Positions 39,401 through 52,321 of a stretch of DNA of 64,000 bases are shown here, one piece after another; the first letter of the stretch is position 1, and the number at the start of each line of letters is the position of its first letter. Position numbers and translations under genes: made by a program. The notes under the pieces are model-generated. The model searched no databases. It worked only from the letters and a program-made list of their open reading frames with translations, and had not been told where the DNA came from. Source of the stretch: Octopus sinensis (Eukaryota); NCBI RefSeq assembly GCF_006345805.1, contig NC_043003.1, positions 9,424,001-9,488,000 of the forward strand, in the 5' to 3' direction.

Positions 39401-41360
39401 TCTTGTGAATCTTTAAATAACTTACAAACTTATACAAAATCCTCTAAATTTTACTATAGATTAAGTTTTCAAACAAATTCTCATCTTAATCAATATGAAG
39501 ATTATATATAATTGCAAGGTATAAAGTATGAAAATCTGATTGCTCTACTACCTGTTTATCACATTTTCTGGTCGTTGATGGCTCGAAGTATTTTTCCAAG
39601 AAATCTAGCCTGCTACTACGTATTTATCATTGGCTCATTTTTCTTGCACCGGAGAGGTATTCGATTAATATTTTTTGAAAAATTAAAGCATGGATAAAGT
39701 TTAAACAATTTTTATGTAAAAGAGGTTAATGTCCGAAATCTTTCTTCATGCACAACAGTCGCAAATAAAATTTTTCTTGAATCATATTTCAGTAACGAAG
39801 TAAATATTTGAACAAATATAGAATTTGTATATTCCAGGTGGAGAATATTTAGAAATATTAATCAAACGTGATTTCAATAGTATTCGTACATAGACAAGTT
39901 GTTTTTGTGCGAATGTGCCAGTCTGGCCGAAATTAAGCAGAAACAGTAACTTCCTAAGACAAGTAGAACACCTGCCAATTGTTAATCATTTTCACTTTAG
40001 ATCAATGTCGCTATTCATATAAATAAATGTGCTAAATTCTTCATTCTCAATGTTCTCTTGCGTGTCTTCGAAGATATTTTTCTGTTATATTGCTCTAATT
40101 GATTCAATTTTGTTTCAAAAGCATTTGAACCATTTTCTGAATTACCATCTCTGTATTAGTTATTATTTGGTCAAGATAAAGAGGTATACAATGAGTAAAC
40201 GTTGGTTAACATTGGCATTCTCCTTTCTATGTAAGAATATTTTACGATTATAGAATTTTGTACAAACGATCAGCTAGTAATTTTAACAAACTGTATGAGG
40301 CAATCAGATGTTCTCAATCAGAATGTTATGACATGCATAGAATTCTGCTGATCATCTTTGATGAATTTTGTTCACTTTTAATATGTGGAGAATCTGTACA
40401 TAATTTTGTGAGTAGTCTGATATTCGTTTTATTACCTCATACTGTTCTGCAAGTACATTAGGACATATGCCATTATGAAAATGATCAAGGTTCTCATTAG
40501 TTGTCACTCACTTGCAAAAGACAATAAAGGTGTGAACGCGTCAGATATAGCAAGTTCAAACTGGTTGTTCAAAAAGTTTTCAGGAATACAAAATACCTAT
40601 TTACGAACGAACACACTAAAACTTCTGCGATCCACATCAAATTGATGTCATTGACACTCTTTTTTTTTTCAATCCTCAGTCAGAAATTTAACTCTGTTCT
40701 ATCGATTTAAGTAAGCAATGCTTCTTTTCAGCCTGCTAGTAGCAGTTTCTTTATTAACCACTTGACTGCTTTGAGAAAAACCTGAACTTCTTGCGTAATG
40801 TCTGCTAATTGTAATGCTACCAGTTTGAAGCCTGTGCTGAAAAGAAAAATATAAAGAAAATTTGCTGTAAAGCATATTGTCTACGGCAGTTATAAATTTC
40901 CCTAAGATTTCAGTTTGGTTTACGTTACTTTGTTGTGACTAGGTAGCTGATGTTTTCCATGAGACCAGAACACGAGATACATTAAGAATTTAAGTCATTT
41001 CACTCGCAAACCTTGTAGGAGTTGCGTTAAATAAGATGAAGATGTTGTTACAATTTGCTCCAGCACTGAAGTGCTTTTCGTGTTGGCGACTGAAAAAAGA
41101 ATGTAGGCAATTGCACCAACTTTTGCACTCATATGCTGAATTTTTTAGTCTAACTTGCAGTTATTTTTGAATGCAAGCAACTGCTGCACTTACTGATTTA
41201 GGCAATCTGATGGAAGTTTAAAATGAGATTTGCAGTCGAGCCAGTCTAGTTTAGTTTATACAGTAGCTTGTAAACATTAACATTTGAAAACCTGGATGGA
41301 TGTAATACATTTTTAAAATCTCTAAGAGAGATTTATGCACTAGTTACACGATAAAGTGAC

Positions 41361-41858
41361 AGTATGTTGTCAACTTAATGTGACAGTCCCATGAAAGGGA
41401 AGAATGCTATTGTTTCACCGTTTCCTGTTGGACTTGACAATTTCCTGTGTTCTTACATTTTCAAAGTGGAGACAAGCACCTCCACCCAGCAAAGCCAGCA
41501 TCCAAGAGTAGTTTCAGAGTCATTGCTCATCATCAGTCTGGAGTAGCACGGCTTGCTAGCTGTCGATGCCTATCCGCCTCTGAAAACATATATGTTTCAA
41601 GTGAAATAAATCACTGACTTTTGAAAATATTATTTCTATTTTCAAAAATCAGTGAATGCTACTCCAGACTGATGAGCAATGACACTGAAACTAATCTCCG
41701 AGTGCTGGCTTTGCTGGGTGGAGATGCTTGTCTCCACTTTGAAAACAGAAGAACACAGGAAATGTGTCATGTCCAACAGGAAACGGTGTTTCCTAGGTCT
41801 GAATAACAGTAGCATTCTTCCCTTTCATAGGACTGTCACATTAAGTTGAGAACATACT
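41361..41858. repeat. ~190-bp inverted repeat (41361-41548 / 41657-41858) with decayed hammerhead-like core in each arm
   Basis: The arms are clearly complementary. Each reads tccaga-CTGATGA-(g/tgag)caatgac(a/t)ct-GAAA-cta(a/c)tc. The spacer holds an 18-bp-arm hairpin. Confidence 0.9.
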
Positions 41859-41869
41859 ATAACTCTACA

Positions 41870-42450
41870 GGACGGATGTGTTGGAATTCGAATCTAGTAT
41901 CTTCATATAAAACGGAAGGTTTATTGGTGAAAGTCTTCTGCATTTCAGAAGCTAGTATCCTGGATAACCACTGTGTGGTAAGCATGAGTATCGAGGCATC
42001 ATTGATACATCCGTTCACTAATTATGTCATAAAGTTGTTTGTTTGTATTCCGCACTGTGTGCAAAAATAGATCTTTAGATGCATTTTCAATTTCATTTAA
42101 AGAAAATATTAACTTTGTTTTCACATGTATTTCATGTATAATATGCTATATGTGGTTGTTTAAAAACTGCTTCCCTATACCTTGTATCCTGTTCTGTGTA
42201 AATGGTAAGTGTCGGTTGATAAATTACGGCATGGTGTTTCAGTATTGTCGCTGCAAGAAGGGATATTTTCAGATATTGCATTCCCCCGTTGCATTTTATT
42301 ATCTGATTCTCACTGGTACACCACTAGGTGAATTTTCTGTGACATACTCCATCAAAACAATATTTGCATTCACTCTTATATTCTTTGCTGCTGATAAATT
42401 ATAATTAATTTATGCCTCTGACCTTTCGGGTCTGATAGATTATAGTACAA
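41870..42450 (-). mobile_element. Decayed PLE GIY-YIG 3' end abutting the inverted repeat
   Basis: NASKDLF / IYFCTQCGIQ...INDASILML...EFQHIRP resembles SKNLIYCIxCxxCGxQYIG...QIxDxS.R.LP.S.H...F.P.LN. Confidence 0.45.
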
Positions 42451-42788
42451 CTGCCAAAATTAAAAACAGAAATATTAACAGTTTTTTCTGCATAGAGTCG
42501 TGGGCAGACACATTTGCTGAATTCATCTTTTGCTTAGTTTTATAAAAGTGTACGACATTATCTGTTAGCTACAGCATTAGCAACAATGTCGCTGGAATAA
42601 GAATAACTGAATTTATGGGATAAGACAGCAGAAAAGAAATCTGAACTTCAACAAAAAACATGAATATAAAATATCACATAGTTGACCTAATCTTTCGACA
42701 TTTATTATCAAATAGATGCTTATCTAATATGTGTTACGCTTTGCACTTTGTTTGGGTGAATTAAGCATTACATCATATAAATAAATAA

Positions 42789-42825
<37 letters not shown>

Positions 42826-42950
42826 ATATACACCCACGCACATACACACACACACATATAACCAAACATCTCTTACTATTTATCTATTGATATATATGTA
42901 CGTGTGTGTGTGTGTGTTTGTGGGCGTGCCTGTGTATGTAATTAACAGTC

Positions 42951-43011
<61 letters not shown>

Positions 43012-43126
43012 CTGTGTGTGTGCGTATATATATATATATATAACGGGAAGCTTTATGAAAATAAACAAAAGACGAAGGCAGGTTTACGGAAATAAACAAA
43101 AGATGAAGGCAGGTGGAATACAAACA

Positions 43127-43177
<51 letters not shown>

Positions 43178-43907
43178 TAATCACAAATCTATTTATCTAT
43201 CTTATATATATATATTATATATATATATAAACTGTATTCTACATTAAGTCTACCATGTTAAGGATATATTTCAATATCTTAACAGATTTTTCAAGATTAC
43301 CAAGTAGAATAATGGAATTCGCCTCCAGTTTGTTTTAGTCCAAAATGGCGACGAACACTATTTCTACATGTGATCGGCTCCAAAAATGTTAAAGATATTA
43401 AGATATTTCTTAACATATTACCAATGGTAGCCTTAATACAAAGTAAAGAATCTTTATCCACTAGCGCGGCGTTGAGCACTCGTTCTCATTGTTTAACATT
43501 TATGTTTGTGTGTGTGACTGTATATACATATGCGTAACGTTTTAGAATGCTTAAACACACCGAATACCAATACAGTGTTTGTGAACATGTAAACGTTGAC
43601 TCAGTAGATGTTCTCTCACATTATCTGAATGAGAGAAAAGAAGTAAAAGATCGGAATATTAGAAATATCCTAGAAAGGACTTACAGACAGACATATAACA
43701 TGAGAAATGAGATATACGCTATAAGACATAATCTGTACTTAACCTATTATATCTCGATAATCTCAGATTCATGCTATGTATTCTGTTAGTTTTGAATATT
43801 AATGAATGATTGATTTCATTGGATTATTTCACATACCATCGTGTTTTCGCTTTTTGTAGTAAAATTGCTTATAGTGCATTCACATTATATACGTACGTAT
43901 GTATGTA

Positions 43908-43971
<64 letters not shown>

Positions 43972-44218
43972 GATAGATAGATAGATATACATATAAATCT
44001 TTAATCGTTAAATCTTTTAAATGTTTCAGCTTCAAGGGTGCGGTCATGCTGGGGCACCTTCGTTGAGAGTGCTAACCATTATTTGAAACCTCCTCTGATA
44101 TGTGCCATTTGGTCAATGGCGGAGTTTGATGCCGTTGCCTTCATCTGTGTTTCCTGCCCTAGGGTTGGCTCATCTAGTACCCTTGACAGGAAGAGATCAG
44201 TTTTGTTTTAAAGACACT

Positions 44219-44746
44219 TACAAGGTGTGTAGCGTGTGATCGTCGCATTGACCATGACAGAGAAAGTTGAGCAGAGAATCTGCATCAAATTTTGCCAAAA
44301 ACTTGATGATGCCTGCTCAGCGTCCAACGCAAAGTTTTCAAAAAGGTTTTCATTGTTCTCGACACAATCAAGATCTTGTGCAACTGAAACCCCAATGTAT
44401 TTTTGGTCAGCTGAAAGCAGTTTTGTCACAAGCTTGGCAGACCCGCGTCTCATACTCAAATCTTCAGTGATAATGGACTGAACCATCACTAATCTGTACA
44501 TTCTCTGATACAATTTCTCTCCATACAATTTCTGCAACTTACTCTGTCATGGTCAATTCAACGATCACACGCTACACACCTTTCTTCCAAGCACTGCAGC
44601 AAACAGTGAAAGTGAGCGAGAATGTTAAAATTTATTGCATATGCACAGCAGAGGTTAACGTCACTCCTTATCAAGCGGCTTTACTGTGCGTGCTTTTGCT
44701 TCGTTACTATGACAACAGTCCGGATACTTATTGATCAGACCTTGTA
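44219..44746 (-). mobile_element. Foldback mariner-derived MITE, copy 1 (two 5' ends)
   Basis: Right TIR cagtccggatacttattgatcagaccttgTA. MTEKVEQRICIKFCQKL is on plus; MQKLYGE...EDLSMRRGSAKLVTKLLSADQK is on minus. Confidence 0.85.
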
Positions 44747-44809
44747 TAAATATATATAAATATGAGTGTGTATGAATATCTGTATATCTCTTCTTTGTTT
44801 CAATAATTA

Positions 44810-44965
44810 GACCGGGGCCCTTGCTGAGGCACTGGATTGATGAATTTCAGTCGAACAAGACAACCCTAGTACTTAATTTTTTAAAGCCCAGTACTTATTC
44901 TACCAGTCTCTGCCGACCCACCTAAGCTTCGGTACGTAAACAAACCAAACACAGACACACTCATA
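44810..44965 (-). mobile_element. SINE family B, 3' half
   Basis: agtacttattctaccagtctc.gccgaccc.cctaag...acgtaaacaaacc..acacagacacac. Confidence 0.6.
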
Positions 44966-45056
44966 CACATACATATATATGTATATACATGTCTGTGCGC
45001 ATGTGTTTATGTATATACATATATATATATATATATATATACACAAGTATATATGC

Positions 45057-45905
45057 TAGGTCTGATCAATAAGTATCCGGAGTGTTGCCGTAGTAACGAA
45101 GCTAAAGCACTCAGAGTGAAGGCGCATGGCAAAGAGTGACCCTGACCTATGCTCTGCATGCGCACTAACTGTTAACAGTCTAGTTCACTTCGTCTGTTTG
45201 CAGCAGTGCTTGGAAGGAAGGTGTGTAGCATGTGATTGTCGCATTGACCATGGCAGAGAAAGCTGTATTGCAATACCTGCTCAGAAGTCTACGCAAAGTT
45301 GCAGAAAGTGTGTAGAGAGTATGAGCCCCACAAACGTGTACGACTGGTTCAGACGTCTGCAAGCTGGCCGAAAAATTCGATATTGATGAACGATCTAGGA
45401 GAGTCGTAACCAGCAGAACTGAGATAAACATCGCAGATGTTCGTGAAACTGTGAGGGGGATTTGTTGAATCCCCATCCGCGAGTTATCAGAGGATACGCA
45501 GATTAGTGACGGTTCAGTCCCTTATCACTGAAGATTTGTGTCAAAAACCGCTTTCAGCTGACCAAAAACTGCGGTTTTCAGTTGCACAAGATCTTGATTG
45601 TGTCAAGACGGATGAACATTTTTGAAAACTTTACGTACGCCTCTGAGCAGGTATCATCAAGCTTTTGGCAAAACTTGATGCAGATTCTTTGCTCAACTTT
45701 CTCTGTCATCGTCAATGCGATGATCACACACTACACACCTTCCTTCCAAGAACTGCTGTAAACAGCAGAAGTGAGCTAGAGCGTTAGAACCTCGTGTGCA
45801 TGTACAGTAGAGCTTAACGTCAATTTGTACCGAGCAGCTTTACTCTGCGTGCTTTAGCTTCGTTACTATTGCAACTGTCCTGATACTTGTTGATCTGATC
45901 ACTTA
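45057..45905 (+). mobile_element. Foldback mariner-derived MITE, copy 2
   Basis: TIRs aggtctgatcaataagtatccgga ... tcctgatacttgttgatc. The 5' UTR and ATG region are present at both ends in inverted orientation; no catalytic domain. Confidence 0.85.
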
Positions 45906-45919
45906 TATATATGTGATAT

Positions 45920-45980
45920 AGGTAGATAGATAGATAGATAGATATATAGATAGATAGCTAGATAAACCGAAAGATAGATG

Positions 45981-46056
<76 letters not shown>

Positions 46057-46058
46057 TA
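45920..46058. repeat. (TAGA)n microsatellite
   Basis: Directly visible. Confidence 0.95.
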
Positions 46059-46329
46059 CATGCAAACACGTGCAAGTTGGAGAAATTAGTATTCGAATAT
46101 CAAAGTAGAAGTAATTTATTGACGCTGAAAATATTTCAGAAACTTTTACTCAGAGACCCTTGTACCCTATCATCAAATTACGGTCAGTTTTTAGGTGAAT
46201 ACTATGGTTTAAGTGTAATTATAAGTGTATGTAAACGGTAATTCATCTTTTTGTCTTTTATCCGTTGCTGGTTGCACCTGGAGGCTGATGCCTTACTGGA
46301 GCAATATCTTTTACTGCGAGCGGGTTTCT

Positions 46330-46850
46330 TTTCTGTACTATTCATGGGGAAGTCGGTAGTCCAACGGAGCTGCTCTTCTTTTGTTTCCTACCCGTGTTCA
46401 TCTTGTGTCTGAGATAATAATTTGCTCAGACACTCTTTGAAGACCTTCACATCTTTTCGGAAATTTCTGAGGTTGATTTGCAGAATGTTGAATAGTTGTG
46501 CACACTTGAAACTGGGCCCTTATTCTAGATCAAGGGGACGGAACGTTCGGTACTATGCAGTACCGTCCATTTCGGTGGTTAGTAAGCTGGGAGCTAGACC
46601 TTCTAGGATCTTCCATATGTATATCACTGCATATCTTTTAACGCTTTCTATCGTCTGTTGCATCGAGTCAATCTTCTTTCTTTAGTAGTGCTGGGTTGCA
46701 TCAAGTTTCGCCACCAGTTTGATAGTCTGCGGGGACCACAGTTGAGAATAGAAATCTGGACACCTGAGAACGAAAGTTCTCCAAAGCAGTAGCATGGCAT
46801 CCTTTTTCCTAGTCCTGAATGATCTCAGAATCCATTCACCTACTTACCTG
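46330..46850 (-). mobile_element. CR1/L2-group LINE 3' end (RT C-terminus)
   Basis: WILRSFRTRKKDAMLLLWRTFVLRCPDFYSQLWSP...RYAVIYIWKILEGLAP...AQLFNILQINLRN..KDVKVFK. Confidence 0.8.
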
Positions 46851-47182
46851 CTCGATGCTGTCATCTTGCTAATATGCACACGGAATGTGAATATTATAAT
46901 GATTATTATTTGGTACCTTCTCTGATAAACGTTCAAAAGCTGAATACACGGGGCAATATTGTTCAAAATAACATGAATCTAGTGAATAAAAAGCGATTGA
47001 CTGCAACGGAAAGTGATTTAAAACTGGATAAATCCTCTATGCTCGTAGTAATAGACATAGAAAAATCAGCAAATGATAAAAGCACTTTTAGAAAGAAAGG
47101 GGGGAAGAAAAATGCTGTAAGCGGTAAAAATTGAAATTTGTATTAAAGAAGAATACAAGAGAGAATGCGCATCACAAAAAAA

Positions 47183-47218
<36 letters not shown>

Positions 47219-48088
47219 CTGCTCCGTTTAATATATTTTCAATATCTCTGTCAACTCATTATAATTTAGAATATATTGTTTAATTATTTTCTTTTATTCT
47301 GATATTGCCAACTATTTGTATTTCTCAATTTACATGTCACTTCTACAGAGAGAAATAGAAACCACGCCACTAACACCACCCTTTATTTCCCTTTAATTGT
47401 TGCGTGGAAACCTGCATAGTTTTTGCTTAGATTGGACGTCCTACTGTAAAAGTGAACCATTATATATATATTAAAATTTAAAAGTAAAAAATAAAACCAC
47501 ATCAATAACGCAGCAATAAGAGCTGCAACGGAAATCAATTGCATTAATGCAATAATACTTCATTGCAATTCCATGTTTTGTCTATTTTTTTACCTCTTCA
47601 TCATCTCCAAAATTCGATTCCCTTCCTCTTGGTGTTTTCTCTTCCACCGTGCTTCTTCCTCTATCAAAATCATTAAATTCAACTAAAAATCCATTTTACT
47701 TTCAAATATAAAATATTTTTCTAGTTGCAGTATTTTGTTGTGGCAAAAATAATGAAAATAATAAATCCCAATAATATCTCAATGATTAAAAACTAACATC
47801 TCAATAACATCTGAAAGTAACGAAAGTAACGAAATGCCTATTAATGTTACAGATCATGTTCCGTTTGGAAAATTATTCTTTTGGTTTTGTAGCTGAAAAA
47901 AAAACCAGCAAAAAAACGAGATGGGAAAATTAAAAATTAAAAGGAATAAAGGAAAATAATTGCTATTTACCAAGCCATTGATATCAATGAATCTAAAGCA
48001 AACGGCAGTGAGAATAACGTGTTTCGAATGATGAGCTGAACTTCTATTACATATAGCGCTGCCTGCAATGTGATAATGGAGACAGTTG

Positions 48089-48474
48089 GAGGCGCAATGG
48101 CCCAGTGGTTAGGGCAGCGGACTCGCGGTCGGAGGAACACGGTTTCGATTCCCAGACCGGGCATTGTGAGTGTTTATTGAGCGAAAACACCTAAAGATCC
48201 ACGAGGCTCCGGCAGGGGTTGGTGGTGAACCCTGATGTACTCTTTCACCACAACTTTCTCTCACTCTTTCTTCCTGTTTCTCTTGTACCTGTATTTCAAA
48301 GGGCCAGCCTTGTCACATTCTGTGTGTTACGCTGAATCTCCTCGAGAACTATGTTAAGGGTACACGTGTCTGTGGAGTGCTCAGCCACTTGCACGTTAAT
48401 ATCACGGGCAAGCTGTTCCGTTGATCGTATCAGCTGGGACCCTCATCGTGGCAACCGACGGAGTGCTCCTACAT
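48089..48474 (+). mobile_element. SINE family C, full length, with 15-bp TSD
   Basis: A box tggcccagtgg and B box ggtttcgattcc. TSD taatggagacagttg at 48074-48088 and 48475-48489. Confidence 0.92.
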
Positions 48475-49272
48475 TAATGGAGACAGTTGTTATTGGAACG
48501 GTGATTTCAGTAGGATGATAATAATAGTGCTTGCAGTTCAATAGCGATGTTATTAACAAGAACTGAAGTAGTTTTATGATAACGAAGAGAGCTCATGTGA
48601 ACTAGGAAACCGAAGACTTTTGACAGCCAAAGCAAAAACTATGGAGTTAAAGATCGTAGTGTTGTTGTGTCCCACGACACCAAACATCTTGCCAGGAATA
48701 AGGTATTTAATAATACAATATCTATATGGATCTTCTGTTTCTAAAGACAATACTTTGTGAATTAGGGAGATTTGAATTGCTTCCAAGCAGACCAAAGGTG
48801 AGTATAGCTACTTCATCATTGGCTGCTAACAATTTTAAAATGAATCAAACGAAAATAGAAAAATGAAATTTTCGTTTTTATCTTAATTTCATTTTCTAAA
48901 ATATTTACATGTATAACAAGCATAGAAATAGTTATGTGGTTAATAAGTTCGCTTCCCACCAATGGCGTTAGCAAATATTTTCTAATATAGTCCCGAGTTG
49001 ATCAATATATTGTGAGTTGAATTTAGCGAAAAGAAACTGTTCAACTGCCCGTTATATAAGTACAAGCAGATATGTAGTGCATTATTCTTTTAAGGGCACG
49101 AACTTGGCTATTTATGACCTTATTTGCTTTGAGTTCCTCCGTTTAAAATAATTAGAATTACATTTCTCAAAGTTTCTAAATTTATATGCGAACGTATCTA
49201 TTTACTTTTCCATCTATGTATCTATACACGGGCGTGCATACCTATAGATATATATCATTAATACGCTCGGGA

Positions 49273-49349
<77 letters not shown>

Positions 49350-49377
49350 GATATATATATATATATATATATATATG

Positions 49378-49409
<32 letters not shown>

Positions 49410-49415
<6 letters not shown>

Positions 49416-49640
49416 GGCTCATGGGCCCAGTTTTCCGGTTTCAATGGCGTATGTGCTCCTCAGCTGGACGGGACGCCAGTCCATCGCAGCGTTACTTATT
49501 TTTGCCAGTTGAGTGGACTGGAGTAATGTGAAATGAAGTATTTTGCTGAAGAACACAACGCGTCGCCCGGTCCATTAATCGAAACCACAATCTTACAATC
49601 ATGATGCTGACACCCTAACCACTAAGCCACGCGCCTCCAC
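49410..49640 (-). mobile_element. tRNA-derived SINE with ctccagtccactc...gctgcgatggactggcgtcccgtccag core
   Basis: A box gtggcttagtggttagg and B box ggtttcgatt. The core resembles the widely conserved Nin/Meta-type SINE domains (from recall, not aligned). Confidence 0.8.
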
Positions 49641-50200
49641 TGTGTGTGTATAATAAAACATACAAAATGGAAAATTAGCCAATAGTAAAAACGTAGAACG
49701 TTGAAAGACGTACTGGAGCGTCATGACTAAATACGTGGCTCCTGCATATTAAAAACAGTTAAATAATCGAAATTTGTAAAAAGAAATAATACATTTCATC
49801 CAATTAGCGCGAAAACTTCTTTCTCGGCCCATATTTTCCTATCTTTTTTTTTGTGGCTTATGTGAAATAAAAAAAGAAACACGGAATCTGTCCTAATCTT
49901 ATCGTTTATATCGAAACAAGTATGTCATATGCTGATTTTGAATATAGATATATGATCAAACATTGCAGAAAAAAAAAGGGACGTAGTCGATTAAGCATAC
50001 CCTAATATTTGCTTCACATTAATTTTGTCGATCTAGATTAGTGAAAAGTTGACATATCCGAGATTCGAACACCTTATTTGTTCAAGGTATTTTAGCAATC
50101 TACCGATCCCGTTAATCCACCACTAGTATGTTTTACATATCGCAGGTATAGAAATCGTCTTTTGCATTGCTTATATATCTTTCAATATATATGTCTGTTA

Positions 50201-50710
50201 AGGTGGTGAGCTGGCGGAATAGTTACATGACAACATTTAGTACGTCTTTACGTTGTGAGTTCAAATTACACCGATGTCGACTCTGCGCTCCTCCATCCGT
50301 TTTGGAGGTGTCGATAAAATCATCATCATCATCATTGTTCGACCGTGGTCGAGACAATGGAATTTGCCATGCTACGCCAGACTTCACGGTCCATCATGGC
50401 ATTACAGAGGTCCTGTTGCTGGATGCCTGTATCCCTGGAGATTACATCAGGGTAGGAGAGTGTGCGCCCTCTGGTATTGCGAGTAGATGGCTTCCAGAGG
50501 AGAAGAGTAGAAATTACTTCTTTTTCAGCTCTACAACAATGTCCAGCAAACTGGACTCTCCTACCTTTCACAAGAGATGACACAGGTGGTAGTTTCCCAT
50601 ATATTTGCATTTTGGTTGGATGGCACTTCCACGATAAAATAGGTACTAGTTGAGTACTGGGGTTGAGTAACCGACTTACTCCCTCCACAAAATTGCTGGC
50701 CTTGTGCCAG
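50201..50710 (+). mobile_element. Old family A SINE split by an RTE insertion
   Basis: Head aaggtggtgagctggcggaa at 50201. The body resumes after 50640 with aggtactagttgagtactgggg. Confidence 0.75.
50321..50631 (-). mobile_element. 5'-truncated RTE-group LINE with (TGA)n tail and 9-bp TSD
   Basis: ORF 50332-50688 reads ...RRVQFAGHCCR..LLLWKP..RGRTLSYPDVISRDTG....NAMMDREVWR. TSD cgataaaat at 50312-50320 and 50632-50640. Confidence 0.85.
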
Positions 50711-51176
50711 TAACACTATCTTACAAATTATCTTACACCGTCAATGAATATATTAATATTTGAATATAGATGAGAAACTACTCAAATTTATAAAGATAAA
50801 TAATATCAACGCATTTGTTCTTTAATTGACTAACGTAACCTAAAACCAACATTTCTAATATGCATTTTATCTATTTTCAGTTATATTAGTGATAAAAAGA
50901 ATTAATTTCCTCCAGATATTAAATATAATTACGAATGAGAAAATGTTAAGCAATCTACAGTCGGTGTTTCTTGTGTGATGAAGGTGACTTTTGTGTATTA
51001 TAGAATAGCTGCAATGTTGTGCGACTGATTAAGGACGTATGTCATTGAATTCATAAAAGGCGTATACCGTACAGAGATGGTGCACAAAGACAGTGTGTTA
51101 TGCACAACTGAAAAAATACAAATACATAAATAAATAAATATATCTCAACAATTTTGCAGAATATTTAAATACAATA

Positions 51177-51414
51177 CCTATTTCTTTACTACCCACAAGG
51201 GGCTAAACACAGAGGGGACAAACAAGGACAGACAAACAGCTTAAGTCGATTATTTCGACTCCAGTGTGTAACTGGTACTTAATTTATCGACCCCGAAAGT
51301 ATGAAAGGCAAAGTGGACCTCGGCGGAATTTAAACTCAGAACGTAACGGCAGACGAAATACGGCTACGCATTTCGCCCGGCGTGCTAACGTTTCTGCCAG
51401 TTCGCCGCCTCTTA
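51177..51414 (-). mobile_element. SINE family A, full length, with 14-bp TSD
   Basis: TSD atttaaatacaata at 51163-51176 and 51415-51428. Reverse complement runs ggcggcgaactggcagaaacg...gccccttgtgggtagtaaagaaatagg. Confidence 0.92.
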
Positions 51415-52321
51415 ATTTAAATACAATATCGTTAATGTTCTGGGAATGCCACTTCGATAAATATTTTCTGAAATACTGGAACCATATATCTTCTCCTAAT
51501 GCATTGGATAACCACTGAAATATTTACGAGGAACAATCATTCTCTCTATTTCCTTCTTTAGTTGAAACCCTTAATGAGTATCCCTGTACTTCCACATTTT
51601 CATCGCTTTTTAACTCACAATGCCAAACTTTATCATATAATGTATACATTGACTCTAAGTTTTGTAGTCTTATACTTTATCACTAGTTCTTTTTTAATTT
51701 TCTCTTGTGCTATATCAGTATACTTCAACACTATTAGTCAAATATATTTTAGTAGTTTCCCAAAGGGAACTACTCGCCCCTAACGGTCACTTTCAATATT
51801 TGAGTTATACACTTGAAATTATACACCTTGATATTGTACTTGATATGCGATACCAGATGTTTGAGAGTCAATGCATAACTATTAATTACACTTGCACGGT
51901 ATTCTAGCCATTCGATAAACTTTGTCATTTTATCGTCTGATGACTTTTCAGACTTCAGTAGAGAGTATAGTTGCATTAGCACACGCACGCATGTACACGC
52001 GCGCGCGCACACACACAGACACACACACACACAGAATTGTAACCACACGTGGGTCCTGGCGATTTTCCTTCTCCTTCTTTGGACGTTTCCCTTTCTCATT
52101 TTCGACGGAGAACAATGCTCAAAACGTTAAAAACTCTCCCCTTTCACCGAGCGTCAAGCATAAAATATACTGTTGCATAAAATATTAAAATCTGCATGTA
52201 GGTATACACACACATATAAAAGCTCACCAAAAACTAGGCGTATATATACTGGTTTCAAATTTTGACACAAGGCCAGCATATACAGGGAATGGGGTAAGCA
52301 TATCCCCTGTATATGCTGGCA

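Noticed and set aside
41870-42420. Cadherin-like peptide EYVTENSPSGVPV on the minus strand
   Set aside because: No DxNDN or LDRE motifs in register, and neighbouring frames fit a PLE GIY-YIG end better.
48089-48160. tRNA gene calls for SINE heads (also 33497, 34890-35178, 49410-49640, 51177-51414)
   Set aside because: A and B boxes are present, but no full cloverleaf or terminator; they continue into SINE bodies with tails and TSDs.
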